Positions 17,708-26,479 of a DNA stretch of 64,000 bases are shown piece after piece. The first letter of the stretch is position 1; each line of letters starts with the position of its first letter. The notes below the pieces were generated by a model. That model did no database searches. It was not told the DNA's origin and saw nothing but the letters and a program-made list of their open reading frames with translations. Made by a program: the position numbers and the translations under genes. This DNA comes from Parcubacteria group bacterium (GTDB lineage: Bacteria > Patescibacteriota > Patescibacteriia > UBA9934 > GWF2-40-263): contig JABMNZ010000026.1 of NCBI GenBank assembly GCA_013204395.1, positions 13,421-77,420 on the forward strand. Reading direction: 5' to 3'.

Positions 17708-19156
17708 TCACGTGGGGAAGTAGAGTCCACGGATCTTGGCAGCGAGGTTGGTCTCTGGGAAGAACCCGAGGGTCGCCGCGTGGGTGCGCGAGAGGCGCAT
17801 GGAGACGCGGATCACGTCCTCCATGCGGACACGACCGTTGAGCAGGAGCTGCATCGGTCGCTTGCGGGTCGTCTCGATGTCGACGGTGACTTCGTCCTCT
17901 GCGCTCAAGCGGGCGAAGTTCCATCGTTGACCGCGGTAGGTGGTTCCTGCGCCTACGAGGATCATCTCTGGGGTACCGGCCGTCAGGGGCATGCCACCGT
18001 GAGAGCGAGCCCATCCTGTGGAACCCGCTGCTGTGGCGAGCATGAGGCCGTCGCCGGAGAGGCGATCGAAGACGAGGTTTCCGTTGAGGTACACCCGCAT
18101 GGCTCCGCTCTGTACGGATGTGCCATTGCTGACGGCGCGGATGAAAGCCTCGTTGAAGGCGAGCTCCTTGATCTGCCGACCATTGGAGTCTATAGCCGAG
18201 ACTTCCAGCAGCGGTTGCTGGTACAGGTGCACCACTCCGCGTTTCAGACGCGCTTCCAGCTCCGTAATGGTTCCGCCGTTGAGAAGGAAACCTACGGTGC
18301 CAGCGTTGAGTCCGATGGACGGGCGAGGGTCACCAGGGTTTTCTTGGACACAGTCCAGAAAGTATCCATCCCCACCGATGACGATCTTGTGGGTGAGGAG
18401 ACGATCGCTCAGGCCGTTCACTCGGTCCATCATGAGGCCAAGGGCTGTTTCCCGATCGCTGCGTTCAGGATCTGTGCTGCAAGCCACCATGACTTGCGCT
18501 CGGCCCTTCAGCGTGGCGCGGACCGGACCCAGGGCGACGCGGCTGGTGTACAGGCCGTACATGCACATGTAGGCCGCGACGCCCGGAGAGACGAGGTGCT
18601 CGAACTCTTCGTATAGGGCCGCGTTCTCGCGAATCGCCCTGCTGGAAGCTCCACGTGAGAGCCAGTTGTCGAGGAGCTCAGAGTTCGGTGGAAGATCCGC
18701 TTTGTCGAAGTGGACACCTGCTCGTGGAATCACGAGGAACTTGGCGTGGGCCCAGAGCCTCTGACCTTGGTGCCAGTTCTTCTGGATCTCACTTTCCTGG
18801 TCAGCGCCACCAACGATGAGATCACCACCGACCACCAGCCAGACATCATGCCCCTGACTCGTGAGTCGATCGAGTACACAAGCGGACCGTTCGTACTCGT
18901 CACGCTCAAGATCGCTGAGATCCAGGGTGATGCGCGAGTCGCGAGCCTCAAAGGCGATGCGGCACAGGTTGGCGCGATGCAAAGGACTGACGTCCTGTGT
19001 GCTTTCCTTGTCCGGTCGACCTCCACAAGGGATGATCAACAGACGGTCAGCTGAAGTCATGTGGTCCAGAATGATGTCCGCGATGCTCTCGTGATGACGT
19101 CCCGGGGGGTTGAAACTCCCTCCCAAGAAGAATGTACGTCCTTCGGGTTTCTTCAT
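17708..19156 (-). CDS. Fused nicotinate-nucleotide adenylyltransferase (NadD-like) and NAD kinase (NadK)
   Basis: N-term GGSFNPP..H, VVGGD, SSRAIR; C-term IGGDG, NAGTVGFL, AFNE, GDGLMLATAAGSTG; GGAGG SD before ATG 19156. Confidence 0.88.
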   Translation of the reverse strand: MKKPEGRTFFLGGSFNPPGRHHESIADIILDHMTSADRLLIIPCGGRPDKESTQDVSPLHRANLCRIAFEARDSRITLDLSDLERDEYERSACVLDRLTSQGHDVWLVVGGDLIVGGADQESEIQKNWHQGQRLWAHAKFLVIPRAGVHFDKADLPPNSELLDNWLSRGASSRAIRENAALYEEFEHLVSPGVAAYMCMYGLYTSRVALGPVRATLKGRAQVMVACSTDPERSDRETALGLMMDRVNGLSDRLLTHKIVIGGDGYFLDCVQENPGDPRPSIGLNAGTVGFLLNGGTITELEARLKRGVVHLYQQPLLEVSAIDSNGRQIKELAFNEAFIRAVSNGTSVQSGAMRVYLNGNLVFDRLSGDGLMLATAAGSTGWARSHGGMPLTAGTPEMILVGAGTTYRGQRWNFARLSAEDEVTVDIETTRKRPMQLLLNGRVRMEDVIRVSMRLSRTHAATLGFFPETNLAAKIRGLYFPT

Positions 19157-19208
19157 GATCTCCTCCAAGGGAATGAGTGAGTCTCCATGAACGATTGCTC
19201 CTGGAGTA

Positions 19209-19241
19209 AAATCTGGTCTCAAGCGATTTGAGCTCAGGTTT
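19209..19241. repeat. Intergenic hairpin repeat, copy B
   Basis: AAATCTGGTCTCAAGCGATTTGAGCTCAGGTTT; stem changes are compensatory. Confidence 0.75.
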
Positions 19242-19308
19242 AGAAAAGGGGAGGGTGTCGAGGGGTGCTCGACGACCCGTCCCCGAGATTGTGTGGGTGT
19301 GTTCGTGC

Positions 19309-20130
19309 TCAGCCCACGACGAACTGGCTGGTGTGGGAGAACTTGACGCCGGCGGCCTGCAGCCTAGCGAAGATGGCCAGACGATCTTCCTGAGAGATGA
19401 ACGCCAGGAAGCCGATGGAGTCCATGACCATGTACACCTCGATGCCGAAGCGCGAGAGGTTCAGAGCGGTCAGCATGATGCAGACTTCCAGGGCGTTGCC
19501 ACCGAGGAAGACCCGGCGAACCATCTGGGGTCGCGCGGCGATGCACTCCATCACACCGACCGGGTTGCCCACCGCATCCCAGATTCCGCTGTGGGAGTAG
19601 TGGAGGGGGTGCGTTCCCTTGTAGAAGATGTTGGAGAACAGTCTCGGGAAGATCGGGGTGATGAAGAGGGTCTCGAAGGTACCGATCAAGGCATGCTGCG
19701 CCCAGATGACCTGATCGCTTCCGGTGAACATCCGCGTCAGGCGCGCGTGATGGAGTAGGCTTCCCAAGGAGAACTGCGCGTAGGGCTGCAGGATGTGTTG
19801 CTCACCGATGCGCATCCAGCCTTGGATCAACTCCTCGGTGAGGAGGGTGTGGTTGGGGATGACGCCCGCCACTTCGGTGTAGGCATCGTGACCGTGAGCA
19901 CTGCCTGGGACATGCGCGTCGCACACGGCCAGGCAGTTCTCGCGTTCCATGAGGGTCATGACGTTGAGGCTGTTCAAGGCTGCCTCGAGAGACCCTTCCA
20001 CTGGCAGGGTGCCATCGAGACCAAAGGCGCCCGTGTCGTCGACACTCAGCCAGATGTCCTGGCCGGGGGTGATGTCTACTGGTCCTTTGACCAAGAGATG
20101 GTCTGGGGTAACGGAAAGGGCGGTGGGCAT
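19309..20130 (-). CDS. pncA: Nicotinamidase-like isochorismatase-family hydrolase
   Basis: SVDD..F..DGTLPV, DAH, WAQHA..GT, YKG, GNALEVCI (catalytic D/K/C present); first gene of NAD operon. Confidence 0.8.
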   Translation of the reverse strand: MPTALSVTPDHLLVKGPVDITPGQDIWLSVDDTGAFGLDGTLPVEGSLEAALNSLNVMTLMERENCLAVCDAHVPGSAHGHDAYTEVAGVIPNHTLLTEELIQGWMRIGEQHILQPYAQFSLGSLLHHARLTRMFTGSDQVIWAQHALIGTFETLFITPIFPRLFSNIFYKGTHPLHYSHSGIWDAVGNPVGVMECIAARPQMVRRVFLGGNALEVCIMLTALNLSRFGIEVYMVMDSIGFLAFISQEDRLAIFARLQAAGVKFSHTSQFVVG

Positions 20131-20228
20131 TCAAGACTCCTGGGTGAAAGTACTTGCGGCGGTCGCAAGCGTAATCACACTATTTTTAGTGAAATTACGT
20201 CTGTGGCCACATCTCTCAACAAGGCGAG

Positions 20229-20257
20229 AGAATAGTTAATTTTGACGGTTTTGTCAA
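20229..20257 (-). promoter_or_regulatory. sigma70 promoter of NAD salvage operon
   Basis: TTGACA-17 bp-TATTCT on minus strand, ~90 nt upstream of pncA. Confidence 0.7.
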
Positions 20258-20470
20258 TGATTTATGGATGGATATGAAATGAATTTTTTTACGTGTAAAC
20301 CTCCGTGGGTACGACACATGCACGTAATTGCTATGAGTTAAGTTTTTATCATTTTGTCGGGAGCGCGCTCGGGTCTAGGCTCAAAAGGTCTAAACCCGAG
20401 CCGCTCTCTCTTTCCAGCATCGTACGCTGGGGTGCGGGGAGAGAGGGTCATCCCGCACCTTAGGGTATGA

Positions 20471-20489
20471 TGATGTAGATACTACACTA
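20471..20489. promoter_or_regulatory. Candidate NrtR operator
   Basis: TGATGTAGATACTACACTA, GT-N7-AC palindrome similar to the site at 21208. Confidence 0.45.
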
Positions 20490-20530
20490 AGTCTTGGTAG
20501 TGTTTAGGCGGGGAATGATCCCCGCCTATT

Positions 20531-21205
20531 TTATACAACTTGTACGTAGACAAGTTTTCTTTCTTTGAATCGATAGAGGGCTGCTGGCCTATGGGCTTGG
20601 CCGGATCGTTTATGACCGGTGGCCTGGATCAGGTGGAGTTCATTAATTCGTTTTCTGAAGTTTCTTTTATCAAGATCTTGATCCATGACGATCTCGTATA
20701 CACGTTGGAGCTCTGTGAGAGTGAATTCTTTTGCAAGCAGACTCCAGGCGATGTTGGTGTATTGGATTTTTGTTTTTACGCGCTCCAATGTGGTCTGCAC
20801 GATCGTCTTGTGATCGTAAGCCAGGGGAGGGAGCTTGCTCACAGGCCACCACTTAACGTCCAGGTATTTTTCACTGGTCTTTAGTGAGGCATGTTCATCT
20901 GGAACAAGAGCGACATGGGCAATAGAAATGACTCGTCCTGCTGGGTCGCGGTCTGGTTCATCAAACGTCATAAGTTGCTCAAGGTATACCTGAGTGAGTC
21001 CGGTCGATTCTTTCAAGATTCTGCTCGCAGCCTGTTCGCTGGTCTCTTCTTCTTCAAGAAGCCCACCAGGTAATGCCCATTGCCCCTCAAACGGTTGCTT
21101 CTTCATTTGAATGAGCAAGACATGAAGTTCATCATCTTGAATAGAAAGAATGCACGTATCAACCGCGGCTTTAATATTCTGTGGTGATGAGTGATGCTTA
21201 ATCAT
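20531..21205 (-). CDS. nrtR: NrtR-family Nudix-wHTH transcriptional regulator
   Basis: WALPGG, LEQL.TF..PDRDP.GR, LAYDH, FTL.ELQ.VYE, DKRNFRK, HRPAALY. Confidence 0.92.
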   Translation of the reverse strand: MIKHHSSPQNIKAAVDTCILSIQDDELHVLLIQMKKQPFEGQWALPGGLLEEEETSEQAASRILKESTGLTQVYLEQLMTFDEPDRDPAGRVISIAHVALVPDEHASLKTSEKYLDVKWWPVSKLPPLAYDHKTIVQTTLERVKTKIQYTNIAWSLLAKEFTLTELQRVYEIVMDQDLDKRNFRKRINELHLIQATGHKRSGQAHRPAALYRFKERKLVYVQVV

Positions 21206-21207
21206 AT

Positions 21208-21243
21208 TGGTGTGTATTGTACACAAACTATGGTGGATGTCAA
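21208..21243 (-). promoter_or_regulatory. nrtR promoter with overlapping candidate NrtR operator
   Basis: TTGACA-16-TACAAT; palindrome TGTGTA-TTG-TACACA overlaps -10. Confidence 0.6.
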
Positions 21244-21273
21244 GTCAAAAGAAAGACGCTATACTTTTGAGGT

Positions 21274-22254
21274 ATGAAATTGGAAAGGATTAGCTCTATT
21301 TCTTGGGAAGAGATCTGGCGGCGATGGCGCGCAGACGAAGAAGAAGTCTGGCGAGATCACTATCAAGAAAAGGGACATGATAATTGGGAGAGCTGGCGCG
21401 GTGCGTCCGTGAATAAACATCATCCTGAAACCTGGTCATGGACTTTGTATGCGGCTGATGAGTTTCTCGTCGATGTGCCCGACATGTTTGTGGGGACATT
21501 CCCCGGGTGGAGAACATTTTTTTCAGATCGGGAGCATTCTCGGTTTAAGGACATAGCCGTCTATCCAGGCTTTCTTGGTGGTCAGACTCATGAGAAGATC
21601 GAGTCTATTTTAGAAGACTTCCCGAGAGACATTCAACTCGTGGGAGTAAGATTCGGTGAGGAGATAATGATTCTTGAGTGTACCCACAGATCGACGGCCA
21701 TAGCGGTGGCTGTTAGTGAAGGGAGGGAACTAGAGGCAAAAGTGACCATTGCTTTAACAGAACTTACGCAGAAGCAGTGGAACCAATATTGCAGAAAGTT
21801 TATGTGCATTTCATCCCCCGTGTTTAATCACCAGTCGCTCATTCCATCGCTCTACACCTGTGACGGTGACAATGTAAGTCCACCGCTGGTGTTTAAAGAC
21901 GTCCCGGAGGGTGCGGTTTCATTGGCTCTAATTATCGAAGATCCAGATATACCCGCCTATATCAGAGAGGATGGCATGTGGAACCATTGGGTGGTTTGGA
22001 ACATTTCTCCAGACAGATTGGGAATTGAAGAAGCAGAGGAATCCCCTGGGGTTGTGGGTCTTTCAACACGTGAGGTGAACAAGTATGGTGGGCCCTGCCC
22101 TCCAGATCGAGAACATAGATACTTTTTCTATCTGTATGCCTTGGACTCGATGCTTGAGTTACCTGTAGCTTCTACAAAAGAAGACTTGCTTGGTGCCATG
22201 GAGGGGCATGTGATCGAGCGGGCGGAATTAATGGGTCGCTACGAGCGAAAATAA
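21274..22254 (+). CDS. Unknown N-terminal domain fused to YbhB/YbcL (PEBP) domain
   Basis: C-term YTCDGDNVSPPL, EDPD, HWVVWNI, YGGPCPP..EHRYFF.LYALD. Confidence 0.8.
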   Translation: MKLERISSISWEEIWRRWRADEEEVWRDHYQEKGHDNWESWRGASVNKHHPETWSWTLYAADEFLVDVPDMFVGTFPGWRTFFSDREHSRFKDIAVYPGFLGGQTHEKIESILEDFPRDIQLVGVRFGEEIMILECTHRSTAIAVAVSEGRELEAKVTIALTELTQKQWNQYCRKFMCISSPVFNHQSLIPSLYTCDGDNVSPPLVFKDVPEGAVSLALIIEDPDIPAYIREDGMWNHWVVWNISPDRLGIEEAEESPGVVGLSTREVNKYGGPCPPDREHRYFFYLYALDSMLELPVASTKEDLLGAMEGHVIERAELMGRYERK

Positions 22255-22255
22255 T

Positions 22256-22996
22256 ATGCATCTAAAAAGATCTTTGTTCGCAAACGAAATAATCGCGGAG
22301 TTTCTCCCGCCGGTCAGACCATCAAATCGTGTGGTTATTTTGTGTGATGGTCTGCCATCTGTTCCTGGAAAGGCACAGGTGGTGCGATGGTTCTCAAAAA
22401 AAGGTTACTGGTGTTTCAACTTGAGATATCGCGGGACTTGGGAGAGCCTTGGAAATTTTCTCGATCACGATCCCACACAAGACGTGCTGGACCTGATCGA
22501 TTCTTTACCAGGGGGGTTCAGAACTATTTGGAGTGAGGAAGATTTTCAAGTTGAGCCTGATTTTGTGGCCGTAGTGGGTGCAAGCTTTGGTGGGGCTGTT
22601 GCGCTGATGGCGTCGCTTGATGATCGAGTACAAAAAGTTGTGGCTCTGGCGCCTGTAATCGATTGGACTGATGAAAGTGAGGATGAGCCAATGGACTGGT
22701 TTGCGAATGTGATAAGGCAGGGATACGGGGGAGCTATAACATTTAGAGATGAGGATTGGGGTCGTCTTAGTCGCGGGGAATTTTTTCAACCGGCCGCACA
22801 CATAGATCAGCTTGATCCACACAAGCTCTTCATAGTCCATGCTCAGGATGATAGAGTGGTTCACATAGGTCCGACACTAGAATTGCTCAAACGAACCGGT
22901 TGTAAGGGTAAGGTGTTAAAGCGTGGTGGACATTTGTCCTCTAGGATTGTGACAAAATGGCCACTCAGTCGTCAGGTTCAAAAATTCCTTTCATAA
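22256..22996 (+). CDS. Alpha/beta hydrolase
   Basis: GASFGG nucleophile elbow, HAQDDRVV, GGH. Confidence 0.85.
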   Translation: MHLKRSLFANEIIAEFLPPVRPSNRVVILCDGLPSVPGKAQVVRWFSKKGYWCFNLRYRGTWESLGNFLDHDPTQDVLDLIDSLPGGFRTIWSEEDFQVEPDFVAVVGASFGGAVALMASLDDRVQKVVALAPVIDWTDESEDEPMDWFANVIRQGYGGAITFRDEDWGRLSRGEFFQPAAHIDQLDPHKLFIVHAQDDRVVHIGPTLELLKRTGCKGKVLKRGGHLSSRIVTKWPLSRQVQKFLS

Positions 22997-22997
22997 T

Positions 22998-23357
22998 ATG
23001 CGTGCACAATTTATCTATATCGCCGTTATCGTCATCACCACGTTTATTCCGTGGTTGATTACTCTTGCCGCGCTAGGTCCCGCCAGCTCACTGCCAAGGT
23101 TTCTTTTTCTGGCGGTGTACTATGCCATAAGCGTTCTGCTCTTCGGGGTGGCGTTTGCAAATTATTTTAAGGGTCACCAAAAAGAAAGTCCGTTTTCTGT
23201 CATGGGAGTAGCCATGCTAAGCATCTTCTTTTTCGAGATCGTCTATTTCAAATATCTTTATGTGGGTGACCTGTGGTTTCTCACCTATCTTGATTGGGTC
23301 GTGCCAGTGTTCCTCATATCCTCAACCATTTACTTCGTAGGAAAGGCCCTTAAGTGA
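22998..23357 (+). CDS. Small 4-TM membrane protein (paralogue of 29096-29452)
   Basis: Hydrophobic; FKYLY.G..WFL...DW.VPVFL shared. Confidence 0.7.
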   Translation: MRAQFIYIAVIVITTFIPWLITLAALGPASSLPRFLFLAVYYAISVLLFGVAFANYFKGHQKESPFSVMGVAMLSIFFFEIVYFKYLYVGDLWFLTYLDWVVPVFLISSTIYFVGKALK

Positions 23358-23420
23358 GGCCTTTTCTGTTTGGAGTATCTCTGCTAACCTCTCTCGACAT
23401 GCTCAACGGGAGGTAGTGCT

Positions 23421-24281
23421 ATGTTCAAGAAGTTTCTGGGAATCATGACGGTCGTGATCTTTGCGATCGGAATGCTGATCGTGTCGATCCCCGAACTGCT
23501 CTGTCGCAGAATGCTGAATGCACTCAAACGTGCAGATGAAGACGTCCGAAGTCACACCGAACGTCGGTGGCAGGCTGTCTGGGCCAGACGGTACTGGTGG
23601 CTGATCAAGGCCATCATGGGCATGGAGATGACGCCGAAGTTTCTGGGTCCGCCCCAGACAACTGGTGGGCCGTACATTTACCTACTCAACCACCGATGTG
23701 TCCTGGATCACTTCCTTGGCCAAATGGTGATTGACGCTCAATTTGTTCACGACAGCTTTTGGGTGATCAAGGAAGCTATGGCGCGAGCTCCAGGAATGGG
23801 GCGATCCATGGCGACGGCCGGGTACGCGCTGGTCAAGCGTGGCGGTCAGGATCCTGAAGGGGACATTGAGCGCATCTGCGAGATGGCCAGGCGTGCCAAG
23901 CTCATCGGGGCGTCAGTGGTGATCTACGCAGAGGGAACGCGTTACGATTACCTGGAGCGGTCGCTCAGAGGACAGCGAAGCGACTTCGATCCCCATTTGG
24001 CCAACCCAAGGACAGCTGGCTTCAATGCCCTGTGTAGCGAGCTTCCAGATTACCGCGTGAAGGTGGTGTGTCTGGACTGGGCTGGCATGGAAGGGGGACG
24101 CACTCTCTGGGATGGCAGGGCCTTCGTTGGTCTTCATGGCAGTGTCCATGTCTGGGAAGAGGAGAATCCTGGAGCAGACGGCGCAGCCAACTTCCTACAC
24201 GCGATGTGGCAGCGCATGCACGACACCATGAGCGGCAAAGACGGACTGTCCTTGCGCGTGGTCAGCAACACAGGAGCCTGA
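23421..24281 (+). CDS. PlsC-like acyltransferase
   Basis: NHRCVLD (HX4D), YAEGTR; GGAGG SD. Confidence 0.8.
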   Translation: MFKKFLGIMTVVIFAIGMLIVSIPELLCRRMLNALKRADEDVRSHTERRWQAVWARRYWWLIKAIMGMEMTPKFLGPPQTTGGPYIYLLNHRCVLDHFLGQMVIDAQFVHDSFWVIKEAMARAPGMGRSMATAGYALVKRGGQDPEGDIERICEMARRAKLIGASVVIYAEGTRYDYLERSLRGQRSDFDPHLANPRTAGFNALCSELPDYRVKVVCLDWAGMEGGRTLWDGRAFVGLHGSVHVWEEENPGADGAANFLHAMWQRMHDTMSGKDGLSLRVVSNTGA

Positions 24282-24336
24282 TCGGTTCCAACGCACTCGT
24301 CGAGTCATCGGCGGGTTTTTTTGTTACACTGGATTC

Positions 24337-24669
24337 ATGAGAGTCTTTTACTATAATGACCAATGTCCTTACTGTCGGAGCTGGGCTCGGTGGTGTGAGG
24401 CTAGGGTGGGGGAGTTCGTTGCGTTTAAACCGCTTGGCCCAACGGATTCAAAAACATCGCCGAAGTATATCGACGACGCTGGAACGATTTTTTTGGGCTC
24501 GCGTGGCGTGTTTGAGATGTTGTCTTTTTCAAAGCGTTGGCGATGGCTCAAGACACTGTATCGATTTGTTCCTGGGTTTGCCCCTGTGAGCGAGTGGCTA
24601 TTTGCCTATCTGTCCAAGTGCCCGGTATGTGCCAGTAAATTTACACGTTTAATTTTAAGATCTAAATAA
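24337..24669 (+). CDS. DCC1/DUF393-like thiol-disulfide oxidoreductase
   Basis: N-terminal YNDQCPYCR (DxxCxxC-type). Confidence 0.7.
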   Translation: MRVFYYNDQCPYCRSWARWCEARVGEFVAFKPLGPTDSKTSPKYIDDAGTIFLGSRGVFEMLSFSKRWRWLKTLYRFVPGFAPVSEWLFAYLSKCPVCASKFTRLILRSK

Positions 24670-24674
24670 GACTT

Positions 24675-24878
24675 ATGTCACACGGTGATTATTATAAGGT
24701 AACAGGTTTAATCTTTCTTCTTGTGGCTGGGCTACACGGTACTCGAGCATGGCTTGGTTGGGAGCTCGTCTTAAACGGCTGGTTAATTCCCATCTGGGCA
24801 TCTTGGGCGGCCGTAGTTATCCTTGGGTTATTAGCGGCAAATGGTTTTTACCACACAGCCAAGCACAATATCGGTTAA
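24675..24878 (+). CDS. Small 2-TM membrane protein
   Basis: IFLLVAGLH..R...GW....GW.IP.WASW. Confidence 0.65.
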   Translation: MSHGDYYKVTGLIFLLVAGLHGTRAWLGWELVLNGWLIPIWASWAAVVILGLLAANGFYHTAKHNIG

Positions 24879-24985
24879 AGATTATTCAGGAAAAATATCT
24901 AGCTTAAGCTGGGTATTTTTATTGAGATATACACATGGGAACTTTTTAAACCCTTAACAAGTTCATTTTTCTCGTCTATAGTTGC

Positions 24986-26407
24986 GTGGTTTTAAGATTA
25001 ACCACCCTTGTAGATATGATTATGGATCACGCAAAGATGTTGTGGCGCACAAAACGGTTTCATGTAATTTCTTTCTCCGCTTTGGTTGTGTTGGCTGCAA
25101 ATACCGTTACTGCTTCTGGAGGGGGAGGGGCTGTGGAGGGTCATGGGGCAAGTATTACGTTGCTTTGGATCGCCCTCATATTAATTGCGGCAAAACTTGC
25201 CTCACTTGTTGAGCGTTGGGGGCAGCCTGCGGTTCTTGGTGAGCTCGTCATGGGTGTGATTCTCGGAAACTTGTTCTTATTTGGTATCGACATTTTTGAA
25301 CCTATTAAGAGCGATGAGATCATTGCCTTTCTTTCAGAGCTCGGGGTGATTATTCTCCTGTTTCAAATTGGTCTTGAGTCCAATATCGCTGAGATGAAAA
25401 AGGTGGGTCTACGAGCCCTGCTTGTGGCTATCGTTGGGGTTGTGGTGCCGTTTGTCTTGGGAACATATGTTGTTGGACCATGGCTCATGCCGGGTCTAGA
25501 AGCAACCGCTTACCTGTTCTTGGGAGCCGCATTGACCGCAACGTCCGTTGGTATCACGGCTCGAGTGTTTAAGGATCTTGGAAAGTTGCAGACAAAAGAA
25601 GCTCAGATTGTTCTTGGTGCTGCCGTCTTTGATGATGTGTTTGGTTTGATCATCCTTGCTGTGGTGAGTGCGATTGCAACTGTTGGAGCGGTTTCAGCAG
25701 GGGTTGTGAGCTTGATTGTAGCTAAGGCCTTTTTGTTCCTCGTGTTATCCATTGTTCTCGGTCACCTTGGGGCACCTTATGTAGGAAAGGCATTTTCAAA
25801 AATTCATACAGGCGTAGGCATGAAGTTTACGTTGGCTGTGTCCATTTGTCTTATCTTTGCGTATGTCGCTGGCCTTATTGGCCTGGCACCTATTATTGGT
25901 GCTTTTGCCGCAGGACTTGTTCTTGATCCAGTCCACTTTAGGTACTTTAAGGCACCTAAGATGGTCCATGATATCCGTAAGCTTGCAAAAAAACATAATG
26001 GAAGTTTTAAGGATGACCTTGAAGAAATCCTTGAGCCTCACGCTCACAGACATATTGAGGATCTGATTGAGCCGCTTTCGTACTTTCTCGTTCCGATCTT
26101 CTTTGTGGTTACAGGTATGAAAGTGTCTATGGAGAGTTTGTTTAATACACAAATTCTTGGTGTCGCTTTAGGGATCACCCTGGTGGCGATTATTGGTAAG
26201 TATGTAGCTGGGTATGTAGCTGGTAACGTAAACAAGAGGATCGTAGGGATTGGCATGGTGCCACGTGGAGAGGTTGGACTCATCTTTGCTGCGATCGGTC
26301 AGAATTTAGGGGTGCTTTCAGATGACCTATTTTCTGTGATTGTGGTTATGGTTGTTATCACGACTCTATTGGCTCCACCGATGTTGGCAAAATTGTTACA
26401 GAAATAG
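24986..26407 (+). CDS. Cation:proton antiporter (CPA2/NapA-like); start uncertain
   Basis: GQPAVLGEL, LFQIGLE, ATSVGIT, AAVFDD, GMVPRGEVGL. Confidence 0.92.
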   Translation: MVLRLTTLVDMIMDHAKMLWRTKRFHVISFSALVVLAANTVTASGGGGAVEGHGASITLLWIALILIAAKLASLVERWGQPAVLGELVMGVILGNLFLFGIDIFEPIKSDEIIAFLSELGVIILLFQIGLESNIAEMKKVGLRALLVAIVGVVVPFVLGTYVVGPWLMPGLEATAYLFLGAALTATSVGITARVFKDLGKLQTKEAQIVLGAAVFDDVFGLIILAVVSAIATVGAVSAGVVSLIVAKAFLFLVLSIVLGHLGAPYVGKAFSKIHTGVGMKFTLAVSICLIFAYVAGLIGLAPIIGAFAAGLVLDPVHFRYFKAPKMVHDIRKLAKKHNGSFKDDLEEILEPHAHRHIEDLIEPLSYFLVPIFFVVTGMKVSMESLFNTQILGVALGITLVAIIGKYVAGYVAGNVNKRIVGIGMVPRGEVGLIFAAIGQNLGVLSDDLFSVIVVMVVITTLLAPPMLAKLLQK

Positions 26408-26479
26408 TCCTAGAGAATAAAACCGCCCGCGTTGGGCGGTTTTTTTGTACAAAAAATCCCCACCGTCGTAGGTGGGGGG

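Noticed and set aside
15402-19308. Integron attC interpretation of the intergenic hairpins
   Set aside because: No consistent RYYYAAC/GTTRRRY ends and no integrase in the window.
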